The notes: generated by a model not told the origin, from the letters alone. Positions 36,418 through 46,992 are shown, counted from the first letter of the stretch. The stretch: DNA of 64,000 nucleotides from an uncultured Actinomycetes bacterium (GCA_963734275.1 CAVTGO010000013.1:487708-551707), one strand, 5' to 3'. Numbers and translations: made by a program.

Positions 36418-38236
36418 GCGCGCGCGTCGTCGCGGGCGCCGCGCTGCTGCTGGGCCTTGCGCTGCCGCCGCCGGCGCACGCGATCACGTTCACCCCGTGT
36501 CCCGGCCTGCCGGGCATCCAGTGCGGCAGCCTCGACGTGCCGCTCGACCATTCGGGCCGGGTGCCGGGGTCGCTCCGCCTGCACGTCGAGCGCGTCCCCG
36601 CCCGTAAGGCCTCACGCGCCCCCGTGTTCGTGCTCGAGGGCGGCCCCGGGGCGAGTGTGACTGCGTCAGCCCGCGCCTACGCCGGCCTCTTGCGGCCACA
36701 GCGCGCCGATCGTGACCTCGTGCTCGTAGACCAGCGCGGGACAGGGCTGTCGGGCGCCCTGCGATGCGCCGGCATCAAGATCCCCGACTCGAAGCCCGCC
36801 GTCGGGCAGGCCGACACCGCCGCCCGCTGCGCCGCCACGCTCGGGCCGGCTGCGGCCTTCTACACGACCCGCGAGTCGGCCGGGGACCTGGACGCGCTAC
36901 GCACTGCGCTCGGCGCGGAGAAGATCGCCCTGTTGGGCAGTTCGTACGGCACCAAGCTCGCGCTCGCCTACGCCGTCCTCTTTCCAGCACGGGTGGACCG
37001 CATGGTGCTGGATTCCGTTGTCCCGCTCGACGAGCCCACCTTCGACCTCGAATCGTTCCAGGCGGTCCCACGCGTGCTCGACAAGCTCTGTGCGGCCACC
37101 TGTGACAGGTTCACCACCGACCCGGTGGCGGACACGGCCAGGCTCGTGGCGAAGATGCGGGCCCGCGGTGTTCTGAAGGGCACCGTGATCGATGCACGCG
37201 GGCGACGGCGCGCCGGGCGGATCGGCAGGGTCCGGCTCGCCGGGGTCCTGTTCTCGGGTGATTACCTCGGCATCCTGAGGGCCTCCTACCCGGCCGCGGT
37301 CCGCTCCGCGCTGGGCGGCGACCTCACTCCCCTCCTGCGACTTGCCAACTGGGCCGAGCGTGGGTCGATAACAGCGGTACCGAGGTTCTTCAGCGATGCG
37401 ATGTACACCGCGAACGTGTGTCAGGAGTCACCCCTCTGGAGTCCCTCCACGCCCATCCCCGGCCGTCTGGCGGAAGCGAAGGCGCGCGCGTCCGCGCTCT
37501 CACCGTCCGCCCTCTACCCCTTTGACCGCGACACGGCGCTCAACACGTCCGATGCTCAGCTTTGCCTCAAGTGGCCATCGGTCGACCCTCCGCTGCCCGC
37601 CGGCCCGTTGCCCGCGGTTCCGACCCTGTTGCTGGCCGGCGAGGACGACCTGCGGACGCCGCTGGAGGGCGCGGAGCGAGTCGCGCGGGCGATCCCCGGC
37701 GCGCGGGTGCTGACGGTGCCGGGAGTCGGGCACGGGGTCTACCCGGGCTTCTCGGTATGTCCCGAGCGCGCCTTCAACGACTTCATGGCCGACCGTCCGG
37801 TCCGCCCGTGCAAACCGGGTACGGAGCCGCCCTACGCGATTCCCCCGCCCCCCATTCGCTGCGTGAGCTCCGTCCCGAGCCCGGCTACCGCGGCGTGGTC
37901 GGCCGGACCATTTCGGCCGTCTACCTGACGATCATCGACGTGGACGAGGCGCTCACCACCTCCCTCTACTCGGAGCGCGGCTTCGCACGGGTGGGCGGCC
38001 TGCGGGCGGGCTGGGCGCACGACCACTACTCGCCCCGCGTCCGCCGGCCGAGGATCACGCTGCACAGCTACTCGTATGTCCGGGGCGTGCGGGTGAGCGG
38101 GCGGATCGACGGCCTGACCCGCCGGCACGGACGGTTGCGCGTGACCGGCAGCGCGGCGGCGCGCGGGCGGTTGATCCTGCACCGTGACGGCTCCCTCACG
38201 GGCCGCCTCGGCGGCCGCCGGGTCCGGACCTCCTAG
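36414..38236 (+). pseudogene. secreted alpha/beta hydrolase (tripeptidyl-aminopeptidase-like), frame switch at a C-rich tract near 37850
   Basis: ORF 36414..37928 (signal peptide, 'LVDQRGTGLS','LLGSSYGTKLA') continues in the frame of ORF 37562..38236 ('GYRGVVGRTISAVYLTIIDVDEAL...'). The switch coincides with 'attcccccgccccccatt' (37847-37864). Confidence 0.7.
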
Positions 38237-38251
38237 TGGAGGGGCCACCAG

Positions 38252-39406
38252 TTACGGTTGCGGGACTGGCTTACCGCGGAACGCCTTGGCGAAGAGCGCC
38301 GCGCCGATCGCATCGTTTGCGGCCCCGGTCAGGTGCAGGCGGTCGTTGGACTCGAACGCAGCCTGGAGCTTGACTCGAGACGGGTCGGAGGTGTCGGCGA
38401 GCACAGGATCGAGGTCGACGTACGGGTAGCCCGCCGTCCGGATGAAGTCGTTGACGTCGTTCCGGGCGGCTTCCTTCGTGCTGTTCCACCTGACGTGATT
38501 CCCAAATGGCGGCACGGTCAGGGCCCAGGGTTCCCCGCCATTGGCGGCGATGCCGCTGTAGATCGTCTTCAGGTTGGCGGTGATGGTCGATGTTGCGACC
38601 TCGTTGTTTATGTCGTTGAAACCGACGAGGACGAAACACTCGAAAGGCTTGTGGCTGTAGACATCGCGCTCCAGCCGCGAGATCGTGTCCGCGGTCGTAT
38701 CGTGGCCGACGCCCGCGTTGATCACACAGGCATACGCCCCCAGGCGCGTGCTCAGTCCGCGTGTGGGATAGCTCGACACGTTCGTCTGCCCCTTGGTCAT
38801 CGAGTCGCCGACGCAGACGATCCGGCGCTGGAACAGGACGACCAGGTTGGGCACCACCGTCAGGCCGGTGGGCTCGACCACACTCGCCGGCAGCGGGAAA
38901 CCGGTGTCCTTGAAGAGCGCCTTTGTCTTGCCCGGCGCGGCCAGCGCCATGCTGCCCGGCAGATACACGGAGTTCCCGAGATCTGAGGCCGAAAGGCTCC
39001 CCGGGGTCCCCTGGACCGGGCCCATGCCGAACGCGGCATAGACGTCGGCGGCATCGGGCAGCTTGATCGGGGAAGCGAACGCGAGCGACGCCCTGCGCGG
39101 ATCGACCTCTTCGCCGCCGCCGGCGTTCCACAACCGGGCGCTCATGCTGCCGGACGATCCCAGCAGCGTCAGCTGTCCGGCGTCGACCATGTAGAGCCCC
39201 ACGTCGATCGGATCATTCGCCGAGGAAACGGTGTCGACGACGAAGCCGAGTCCGGAAGCCGTCCTTCCGAGCCCGTCGCGCGGAAGTAGCGCGAGGTAGG
39301 CGCGCTCGGCGGTCAACGCAAGGCTCGCCTTCGAACCCGCGTTACCGAGCGGCAGTTCCAGGAAGGGCGGCGAGTTTCGCCGGAAACCCTTTAACAGGGA
39401 CAGCAC
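38252..39406 (-). CDS. SGNH/GDSL hydrolase with a ~190-aa N-terminal domain of unknown function
   Basis: ORF 38252..39406. 'IVCVGDSMTKG','GVGHDT','FNDIN' and 'NDRLHLT' are SGNH blocks I-V in the C-terminal half. The N-terminal half has no signal peptide and no recognisable family. Confidence 0.7.
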   Translation of the reverse strand: MLSLLKGFRRNSPPFLELPLGNAGSKASLALTAERAYLALLPRDGLGRTASGLGFVVDTVSSANDPIDVGLYMVDAGQLTLLGSSGSMSARLWNAGGGEEVDPRRASLAFASPIKLPDAADVYAAFGMGPVQGTPGSLSASDLGNSVYLPGSMALAAPGKTKALFKDTGFPLPASVVEPTGLTVVPNLVVLFQRRIVCVGDSMTKGQTNVSSYPTRGLSTRLGAYACVINAGVGHDTTADTISRLERDVYSHKPFECFVLVGFNDINNEVATSTITANLKTIYSGIAANGGEPWALTVPPFGNHVRWNSTKEAARNDVNDFIRTAGYPYVDLDPVLADTSDPSRVKLQAAFESNDRLHLTGAANDAIGAALFAKAFRGKPVPQP

Positions 39407-39473
39407 GAGGCCGTTGGAATATCAAACAATGCGGCGGCGCAGTCCGCTGAGCCGCAAAACCCGCCCGGGACCG

Positions 39474-40115
39474 TCAGCTGCGCCTGTGCGGATCGACGTA
39501 GACGTCGTCGACCGACCAGGTACCGCTTCCCTGCGGGGTGAAGCGGAAGACGACCGGCGTCTGCTGGTTGGGGAGGAGCGGCAGCAGGTTCGCCACGATC
39601 AGCAGCTTCGGGCTGGGCGCCCATGCGGTGTGCGGGGAGATGATGCCGATCGGCAGCGAGAGCGTCAGGCCGAGAGACGTTTCGAAGATCACGTCCACCC
39701 GCAGGCTCGAGAGCAGTCCGGTCCCTGAGCTCTTCGAGAAGAAGCGCATCGTGGGCTTGTCGAGTCCGACGCAGAAGGCCCGCGTGCTCGCGGAGCTTCC
39801 CTGCGGCAAGGACAGCGACTTCGTGTCCCGCGTCGAGTTGACGTAGAAGCTTTCGTTGCCGGTGACCACGGAAGCCTTCGAGAGCGTCCAGTCGGTCGTC
39901 CCGGCCTCGAGCCCGCCGTTGGACACGAGCGTGTAATAGGCGGAGTCGCCGAAGCGCAGGAACGGCTGCTTGGTCACCGGCGCGGTGCAGCCGGTGGCCG
40001 TCTTGACGAGGAGGCCCGCGCTGGCCGGGGGCACGGCCAGCACGAGCAGGGAGGAGCCGGTGAGGAGAGCAAGCAGGGAGGCGCGGCGGCAACGCGCAGC
40101 GAACGAACGCAGCAT
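39474..40115 (-). CDS. secreted protein of unknown function
   Basis: ORF 39474..40115. Signal peptide 'RRASLLALLTGSSLLVLAVPPASA'. Ser/Thr-rich, beta-rich composition. Confidence 0.6.
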   Translation of the reverse strand: MLRSFAARCRRASLLALLTGSSLLVLAVPPASAGLLVKTATGCTAPVTKQPFLRFGDSAYYTLVSNGGLEAGTTDWTLSKASVVTGNESFYVNSTRDTKSLSLPQGSSASTRAFCVGLDKPTMRFFSKSSGTGLLSSLRVDVIFETSLGLTLSLPIGIISPHTAWAPSPKLLIVANLLPLLPNQQTPVVFRFTPQGSGTWSVDDVYVDPHRRS

Positions 40116-40393
40116 CGGAGTTCCAATCGTCGAGGGGGGAGGTAGTCCGCTGGACTGGGGGGAGGGCCCCGTGGACTGGTTCCATCATGCGTGAGGTTCC
40201 GGCGCATGTCACTCGGACATCCGGCCAGCGCGTGCTCGCGGGAGGCGAGTCAGGAGAGAGCGCCTGCGTGTCGATAACCGTCCCGGTGAAAGGCATCGGA
40301 ATCGAAACGGGGCGGCACCTGAATCCGGCCGTGCAGCGCCTCCTGGTGGGAGCGGAAGAGAGCCTGTCGCGCCCCCTCGACCGGCGCGAGCGC

Positions 40394-41656
40394 ATGGTCG
40401 AATGGCTCTTCGCGGCAACGTTTCTCGTCGCCGCCGTCGAGATGGCCCTCCTGCTCGACACCGCGCGCTCGCTGTCCGTCGGGACGGCGGCCGCGCTCGT
40501 CGTCGCATACGCGATCGCCTCGCGCGTGCGCTTCAGCGACGGAGCGGGCTACACCGTGCCGACTGAGCTCGTTTTCGTGCCGATGTTGTTCTTGTTGCCC
40601 ACGCCGCTCGTGCCTCTTTTCGTGGCGGCCGGGACGTTGCTCGGAAACGTGCCCGACTACGTTCGGGGCAAGACGAGGGCGGACCGCATAGTGCTGTCGC
40701 TCGGGGACTCCTGGCATGCCGTCCCCCCCGCGCTCCTGCTCATCGTCGCAGGCGCCCAGGTGTTCGCTCCCGAGCACTGGCCGATCTACCTGGTCGCGCT
40801 CGCCACCCAGTTCGCAGGCGACTTCGTCATCTCGACGGCGCGTGAATGGATCGCCGTAGGGGCCTCGCCGAAGGTGCAGGTGCGCCTGCTGGCCTGGGTC
40901 TACATGGTCGACCTCCTGCTCGCCCCGATCGGATTGCTCGCCGCGCTGGCGACCGACGAGTTCTCGTATGCGTTCCTGCTCGTGCTGCCGCTCGCAGCCC
41001 TGCTGGCGATCTTCTCCAAGGAACGCGCCGAGCGCCTGCGTCACGCAGTCGACCTGAGCCTCGCGTACCACGGCACCGCGCTGCTCCTGGGAGATCTCAT
41101 CGAGGCCGATCACGAGTACACGGGCAGCCATACGCGCAGCGTGGTCGCGCTGTCGCTCGAGGTTGCATCCGACCTGGGAATGGACGACCGCGAGCGTCAG
41201 AAGGTCGAGCTCGGCGCGCTCCTCCACGATGTCGGCAAGATCGCGATCCCGAACGAGATCATCAACAAGCCGGGACCGCTCAGCCCCGACGAGTGGACGA
41301 TCGTCAAGACCCATACGATCGAGGGCCAGCAGATGCTGGACCGCGTGGGCGGGCTGCTGCGTGAAGTTGGGTGCGTGGTCCGCTCCTCGCACGAGCGCTG
41401 GGACGGAGCGGGCTATCCCGACGCGCTGCAGGGAGAGGAGATCCCACCCGCCGCCCGTGTCGTCTCGTGCTGCGACGCGTTCAATGCGATGACCACGAGC
41501 CGTTCCTACAGGCCCGCCATGTCGCTGACAGCGGCCGTGACCGAGCTCCGCGCGAATGCCGGGACGCAGTTCAGCCCGGCCGTGGTCGACGCCCTCGTTC
41601 GAGTGGTGGGACGCTCGGCGGAGGGCAAGCGGGACCCGGACGCAGTAGCCGCCTGA
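40394..41656 (+). CDS. membrane-anchored HD-GYP domain protein (putative c-di-GMP phosphodiesterase)
   Basis: ATG 40394 lies in ORF 40187..41656. About 6 TM segments, then 'HTRSVVALS...LLHDVGKIAIP...HHERWDGAGYPD'-type motifs ('SSHERWDGAGYPD'). Confidence 0.85.
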   Translation: MVEWLFAATFLVAAVEMALLLDTARSLSVGTAAALVVAYAIASRVRFSDGAGYTVPTELVFVPMLFLLPTPLVPLFVAAGTLLGNVPDYVRGKTRADRIVLSLGDSWHAVPPALLLIVAGAQVFAPEHWPIYLVALATQFAGDFVISTAREWIAVGASPKVQVRLLAWVYMVDLLLAPIGLLAALATDEFSYAFLLVLPLAALLAIFSKERAERLRHAVDLSLAYHGTALLLGDLIEADHEYTGSHTRSVVALSLEVASDLGMDDRERQKVELGALLHDVGKIAIPNEIINKPGPLSPDEWTIVKTHTIEGQQMLDRVGGLLREVGCVVRSSHERWDGAGYPDALQGEEIPPAARVVSCCDAFNAMTTSRSYRPAMSLTAAVTELRANAGTQFSPAVVDALVRVVGRSAEGKRDPDAVAA

Positions 41657-41684
41657 ACCGCGCCCGCGGTAGGGTCCGGCCCGC

Positions 41685-42659
41685 ATGCCAGGCCTCGGCA
41701 CCTTCATCTCCGTCGGCAGATCCCTCGACCAGGCGATCGAGCGCGTTCAGCGGGCCGAGCAGCTCGGCTACGACTCCACCTATGTGACTCACATCGCGGG
41801 GCGCGACTCGCTCACGGTGCTGATGGCATACGCGGCGGCCACCGAGCGGATCAAGCTCGGCACAGGCGTGCTGCCGATCTACTCCCGGACGCCGGTCGCG
41901 ACGGCGCAGTCCGCCGCCACGATCGACGAGTACTCGAACGGGCGGATGGTGCTCGGCCTCGGCGTCTCGCATGCTGTGACCGTCGAGCACTGGTACGGGC
42001 AGAAGATCGAGCGGCCGTTGAAGGCGATGCGCGAGTACGCCGGGGTCATCCGCGCGTGCTTCCGGGGCGAAAATCCACCGGAGTGCGAGGTCTTCCCCAG
42101 CCGCTTCCGCTTCATGGGCTACGAGCCGCGTCCGGACATCCCGATCTACGTCGCCGCGCTCTCTCCGAAGATGATCAGGCTCGCGGGCGAGATCTCCGAC
42201 GGAGCGATGCTGTGGCTCTGCAACCCGAACTACATCCGTGAGGTGGTGGTGCCGGAGGTGCAGGCGGGACTGGAGCGAGCCGGGCGGTCCCCCGACGGCT
42301 TCGACATCGTCGCCGCGGTGCCGTCCGCGGTCACAGACGACAAGGCCGCGGCCTACGAGACCATGCGGAACGACCTGCTGACCTACTGGAGCCTGCCGTT
42401 CTACCGGGCGATGATCGAACGGTCGGGCTTCCGCGAGGACATCGCCGGGTTCGACGAGGCCATGCAATCCGGCGACGTCGAGCGGGCCAAGGCGGCGATC
42501 TCGGACCGCTTCCTGGACGACCTCACGGCGATCGGATCGCCGGACGAGGTGCGGGCCGGAATCAAGCGATATGCGGACGCCGGCGCCACCTCGCCAGGGG
42601 TGGGTCCCGTCCCGAAGACCGACTTCCTCGCCACGCTCGAAGCCGCAAAACCCGCCTAG
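41685..42659 (+). CDS. luciferase-like (LLM class) flavin/F420-dependent oxidoreductase
   Basis: ORF 41685..42659. 'LGYDSTYVTHIAGRDSL','GRMVLGLGVSH' and 'YVAALSPKMIRLAGEISDGAML' are typical of LLM-class proteins of the kind often annotated as F420-dependent. Confidence 0.8.
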   Translation: MPGLGTFISVGRSLDQAIERVQRAEQLGYDSTYVTHIAGRDSLTVLMAYAAATERIKLGTGVLPIYSRTPVATAQSAATIDEYSNGRMVLGLGVSHAVTVEHWYGQKIERPLKAMREYAGVIRACFRGENPPECEVFPSRFRFMGYEPRPDIPIYVAALSPKMIRLAGEISDGAMLWLCNPNYIREVVVPEVQAGLERAGRSPDGFDIVAAVPSAVTDDKAAAYETMRNDLLTYWSLPFYRAMIERSGFREDIAGFDEAMQSGDVERAKAAISDRFLDDLTAIGSPDEVRAGIKRYADAGATSPGVGPVPKTDFLATLEAAKPA

Positions 42660-42716
42660 AGCCCCGGAAACCGGCTCCCCGGCCGGTCCGAAGGGCATCG
42701 GTCTAGACTAATTCCG

Positions 42717-43721
42717 ATGGCATCCCTGGTCGCTTCACCGCTGAGGGACGGCCACGGCCGCCTGATCGGCGACCTGCGGGTCTCCGTCACGGATCGCTGC
42801 AACTTCCGCTGTCAGTACTGCATGCCGGCCGAGGGCCTCCCGTGGCTGGATCGCGCAGACGTGCTCACGTTCGAGGAGATCGAGCGGCTGGTGCGGCTGC
42901 TCGTCCCGCTCGGGGTGCGCAGCGTGCGCCTGACGGGCGGCGAGCCGCTCGTCCGCCGAGAGCTCCCCAAGCTGGTCGCGATGCTGAGCGCAATCGACGG
43001 GCTCGAGGACCTCTCGCTGACGACCAACGGCTACCTGTTGGAGAAGATGGCCGAGGAGCTCGTGGAAGCGGGCCTCGAGCGCATCAACGTGTCGCTCGAC
43101 TCGCTCTCGCGCGATCGGTTCTTCCAGATGACGCGGCGCGACTCGCTTCCCCAGGTGATCAGGGGCCTGGAGACGCTCGAGCGCTTTCCGCAGCTCAGCC
43201 CGGTGAAGGTCAACTGCGTGGCGATGCGCGGATTCACCGAGGACGAGGTGCTTCCCTTTGCCGAGCTCGCCCGCCGCAAGCCATATCAGGTGCGGTTCAT
43301 CGAGTTCATGCCGCTCGACGCCGACCGAGCCTGGTCCGAGGACCGTGTCCTGACCGGTGCCGAGATCGTCGCGATGATCGAGCGCGTGTACCCCCTCGAG
43401 CCGCTTCCGCGCGAGGACCACGCGACGGCGAAGGTCTGGCGCTTCCTGGACGGGCGCGGCGAGATCGGCTTCGTGAATCCCGTGTCGGAGCCCTTCTGCG
43501 CGGACTGCGACCGCATCCGGCTGACGGCCGAGGGCAAGCTCCGTACCTGCCTCTTCAGCATGCACGAGACGGACCTCCGCGCCGCGCTGCGCGGCGATGC
43601 GACCGACGTCGAGGTCGTCGAGGCGATCCGCGACGCGGTCTGGCGCAAGGAGCTCAAGCACCACGTGTCCGAGCCCGGATTCCGCCAGCCCCCGCGCACC
43701 ATGAGTCAGATCGGCGGGTAA
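42717..43721 (+). CDS. moaA: GTP 3',8-cyclase (molybdenum cofactor biosynthesis protein A)
   Basis: ORF 42717..43721. 'LRVSVTDRCNFRCQYCMP', 'RLTGGEPL' and the C-terminal 'FCADCDRIRLTAEGKLRTCLF'. Confidence 0.9.
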   Translation: MASLVASPLRDGHGRLIGDLRVSVTDRCNFRCQYCMPAEGLPWLDRADVLTFEEIERLVRLLVPLGVRSVRLTGGEPLVRRELPKLVAMLSAIDGLEDLSLTTNGYLLEKMAEELVEAGLERINVSLDSLSRDRFFQMTRRDSLPQVIRGLETLERFPQLSPVKVNCVAMRGFTEDEVLPFAELARRKPYQVRFIEFMPLDADRAWSEDRVLTGAEIVAMIERVYPLEPLPREDHATAKVWRFLDGRGEIGFVNPVSEPFCADCDRIRLTAEGKLRTCLFSMHETDLRAALRGDATDVEVVEAIRDAVWRKELKHHVSEPGFRQPPRTMSQIGG

Positions 43722-43726
43722 AAGAT

Positions 43727-44368
43727 ATGGCCGAGCCCGAACAGGACAGAACCCCCCAGGAGCACGACCTGACGCCGAGCGGCGGCGGCCCACCCGAGCG
43801 CGACCGACCCCGCACCGACGAGCAGCGGCCATGGCTTCGCTGCTACCGCTGCTGGTCTCAGAACCTCGAGGCCCAGGTCCACTACGACGCGATCCTGAGG
43901 ATCGACCCGGAGTCGGGTGGCTTCTCCGAGCGGCTCGACGAGGTGCAGGAGGCGGTCGTCCAGTGCCGCGACTGCCTGCACGACCAGCCGCACCTGACGT
44001 TCACGGACGGCCGCCTCGAACAGGTCGAGGACCGCTGGGAGCGGATGGTGACCGGCACGCCGTGGGTGGCCTCCTGCACGGTGACCGTGGACCAGGACCT
44101 GGTCGACATCTGCTCCGGGCCTGAGGCGGCCGACTCGCTCACGTACGGCGCCTTCGGCGAAGGCGGCACGCGCGAGTTCTTCACCCACGTGCGCTTCCAC
44201 AAGCACGACGAGGACAAGATCACGATCCACCTGCTGGTCGAGCTCTACGCCCGCACGGCGGAGGAGGCCGCCGAGGTACTGGAAGAGTCCTCACGCGGCC
44301 AGCTCACGATCACCTCGCTCGCCGAGGAGTCCCGGCCTCCCGCGGCCGAGTCAGACGAAGCCCACTAA
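43727..44368 (+). CDS. acidic hypothetical protein with two CxxC pairs
   Basis: ATG 43727 lies in the frame of ORF 42842..44368, 6 nt after moaA. 'CYRCWSQ ... QCRDCLHD' suggests a zinc ribbon. No family recognised. Confidence 0.55.
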   Translation: MAEPEQDRTPQEHDLTPSGGGPPERDRPRTDEQRPWLRCYRCWSQNLEAQVHYDAILRIDPESGGFSERLDEVQEAVVQCRDCLHDQPHLTFTDGRLEQVEDRWERMVTGTPWVASCTVTVDQDLVDICSGPEAADSLTYGAFGEGGTREFFTHVRFHKHDEDKITIHLLVELYARTAEEAAEVLEESSRGQLTITSLAEESRPPAAESDEAH

Positions 44369-44392
44369 CTGCTGCGCATTAAATAGCGCGCA

Positions 44393-45103
44393 CTAGCTGC
44401 GCTCGGCGGGGTCGGCGCGGCGCCTCGCGCGTCGACCGAGCAGCCCGCCCCGGCGGCGAGTTGCGCGGCGCGTGACCGGTTGCTCGGGTGCCTCGGCCGC
44501 AGGGCTGGCAGCCGGACGACTGTCGGCCGCAGGGCTCTCGGCCGGAGGGCGGTCAGCCGGAGCCTCCACGCGAGCTCGCTCTGGGGCGGGGGCCGGGACC
44601 GGTGCCGGCGCCGCCTCCGACTCCCGGACTGCCTCACCCCTGACCGGCAGCGCCGCCAGGAAACCGAGCCCGTAGGCGGCAAACATCGTGATGAGCGCCC
44701 CGGTGCCGTAATAGAAGCCGATCCATTCGAGCACCCGCGTGCCGTTGTCGCCGATCGCGGCTCCGGTCGCCTGCACGCCGTCGTTCCACAGCATGCTGAC
44801 AGTCGGTCCGACCACGAACCACAGGCCGCCGGCGAGCGCCAGCAGGCCGCCCAAGGATGCGGTCGAGCGGCTCGTGCTGTAGAGCATGATCAGACCGCCC
44901 AAGACAGCTGCTGCCCCGGGAAGCACCGACAACCAGAGCCGATCGATGCTCCAGTCCCAGGTGCTCGTGGTGCCGATCTGATAGTCGAAGTACGGGCCCA
45001 CGAACGGGATCAGTGCGCCCCACAGCCCCAGCACCACCAGGAACAGCCCCGTCGCGGCGCCGCGGCGCCTTGGAATGCGGCGTGTTGCGAAGCGTTTCCT
45101 CAC
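44393..45103 (-). CDS. integral membrane protein with a Pro/Ala-rich, basic C-terminal tail
   Basis: ORF 44393..45103. Four hydrophobic segments, then 'APAPVPAPAPERARVEAPADRPPAESPAADS...RRATRRRGG'. Confidence 0.65.
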   Translation of the reverse strand: MRKRFATRRIPRRRGAATGLFLVVLGLWGALIPFVGPYFDYQIGTTSTWDWSIDRLWLSVLPGAAAVLGGLIMLYSTSRSTASLGGLLALAGGLWFVVGPTVSMLWNDGVQATGAAIGDNGTRVLEWIGFYYGTGALITMFAAYGLGFLAALPVRGEAVRESEAAPAPVPAPAPERARVEAPADRPPAESPAADSRPAASPAAEAPEQPVTRRATRRRGGLLGRRARRRADPAERS

Positions 45104-45162
45104 GGCGCTTTTTGCCTACCCCGTCAGAGCAGGCCAAAACCGGCGCCCAGAGGATCTACGGC

Positions 45163-46992
45163 TCAGCGGGCGCCGAGGCGCTCCTCGAGCCTGTCGAGCT
45201 CGTCGTGCAGTGCCGGCGGCAGCCGGTCCCCGAACTGTGCGAAGTGCTCGCGGAGCTGCGGCATCGAGCCGGCGAGCTCCTCCGGGTCGACGGTCAGGAG
45301 CTCGTCCATCTGCTCCTCGGTCACGTCGAGGCCCTCGGTCTCGATCGCGCCCTTTGCCGGCACCAGCCCGTTCGGCGTCTCCACCGCGTCGGCCTTGTCC
45401 TCGCACCGCCGGAAGATCCAAGCCAGCACCCGGCTGTTCTCGCCGAATCCCGGCCAGAGGAACTTGCCCGAGGCATCCTTGCGGAACCAGTTCACGTTGA
45501 ACAGCCTCGGCAGCTTTTCGGAGCCGCCCTGCTCGCCGATTTGGAGCCAGTGACCGAAATAGTCGGCCATGTGGTACCCGCAGAACGGCAGCATCGCGAA
45601 CGGGTCGAAACGGAGCTTGCCGACGGCCCCGGCGGCGGCGGCGGTCGTCTCGGACGCCATCACGGACCCGAGGAACACACCGTGCTGCCAGTCGAAGGCC
45701 TCCCGCACGAGCGGCACGACGGTCGAACGCCGGCCCCCGAACAGGATCGCGTCTATCGGCACGCCGGCGGGGTCCTCCCACTCGGGCGCCATCGACGGGC
45801 ACTGCCCCGCGGGCGTCGTAAAGCGCGCGTTCGGGTGCGCCGCCGGGCCCTCCGCGTCGGGAGTCCACTCGCCGCCGCGCCAGTCGATCAGGTGCGCCGG
45901 CGGCTCCTCGGTCATTCCCTCCCACCAGATGTCGCGGTCGTCGGTCAGCGCGCAGTTCGTGAAGACGGAGCGGGCGCGGACGGTCTTCATCGCGTTCGCG
46001 TTGGTCTTGTCGCTCGTCCCAGGTGCGACGCCGAAGAAGCCGGCCTCGGGATTGATGGCGTAGAGCCGCCCGTCCGGGCCGAATTTCATCCAGGCGATGT
46101 CATCGCCGATCGTCTCGACCTTCCAGCCTGGAAGCGTCGGGATCAGCATCGCGAGGTTGGTCTTGCCGCAAGCGGACGGGAACGCCCCCGCGATGTACTT
46201 GGTCTCACCCTCCGGGGACGTGAGCTTGAGGATCAGCATGTGCTCGGCCAACCAGCCTTCGTCGCGCGCCATCACGGAGGCGATCCGAAGCGCGAAGCAC
46301 TTCTTCCCGAGCAGTGCGTTGCCGCCGTAACCGGAGCCGTATGAGGTGATCTCGCGGGACTCGGGGAAGTGGACGATGTACTTGTTCTCCGCGTCGCACG
46401 GCCACGGCACGTCCTCGCGCCCGTCGCTCAGCGGATAGCCGACCGAGTGCAGGCACGGCACGAACTCACCGTCGGAGCCGAGCACGTCGAGCGCGTCCTG
46501 GCCCATCCTGGTCATGATCCGCATGCTGACCGCCACGTAGGCAGAGTCCGTGATCTGCACGCCGATGTGCGCGATCGGGGAGCCAAGCGGGCCCATCGAG
46601 AAGGGCACCACGTACATCGTGCGGCCCTCCATCGCTCCATCGAGCAGCTCGCGCAGCACCTCCTTCATCTCCGCGGGGTCGCGCCAGTTGTTGGTCGGGC
46701 CGGCATCCGACTCCTTCTCGGAGCAGATGAAGGTCCGGTCCTCGACGCGCGCGACGTCGCCGGGGTCGGAGCGCGCGAGATAGGAGTTGGGCCGCTTGGC
46801 GTCCGACAGCTTCTCGAAGGTGCCAGCCTCGACGAGCTCGCGGCAGAGCTCGTCGTACTCCTCCTCGGAGCCGTCGCACCAGTGAATCGCGCTTGGCCGC
46901 GTGAGCGCCGCGACCTCCTCGACCCAGGTCCGCAGCCTCTGATGCTTGGTCGGCGCGTCCGTGCGCTCGGTTGCTGTGCTCGACTCGTTCAA
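45163..46992 (-). CDS. pckG: phosphoenolpyruvate carboxykinase (GTP)
   Basis: ORF 45163..46992 (TTG start). '[18 protein letters not shown]','[13 protein letters not shown]' and 'WMKFG' are GTP-PEPCK signatures. Confidence 0.95.
   Translation of the reverse strand: MNESSTATERTDAPTKHQRLRTWVEEVAALTRPSAIHWCDGSEEEYDELCRELVEAGTFEKLSDAKRPNSYLARSDPGDVARVEDRTFICSEKESDAGPTNNWRDPAEMKEVLRELLDGAMEGRTMYVVPFSMGPLGSPIAHIGVQITDSAYVAVSMRIMTRMGQDALDVLGSDGEFVPCLHSVGYPLSDGREDVPWPCDAENKYIVHFPESREITSYGSGYGGNALLGKKCFALRIASVMARDEGWLAEHMLILKLTSPEGETKYIAGAFPSACGKTNLAMLIPTLPGWKVETIGDDIAWMKFGPDGRLYAINPEAGFFGVAPGTSDKTNANAMKTVRARSVFTNCALTDDRDIWWEGMTEEPPAHLIDWRGGEWTPDAEGPAAHPNARFTTPAGQCPSMAPEWEDPAGVPIDAILFGGRRSTVVPLVREAFDWQHGVFLGSVMASETTAAAAGAVGKLRFDPFAMLPFCGYHMADYFGHWLQIGEQGGSEKLPRLFNVNWFRKDASGKFLWPGFGENSRVLAWIFRRCEDKADAVETPNGLVPAKGAIETEGLDVTEEQMDELLTVDPEELAGSMPQLREHFAQFGDRLPPALHDELDRLEERLGAR

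Noticed and set aside
40116-40393. A c-di-GMP riboswitch upstream of the HD-GYP gene.
   Set aside because: No GEMM-I or GEMM-II core sequences were recognisable by eye. The G-runs and the 'TGGACTGG' direct repeat are insufficient evidence.
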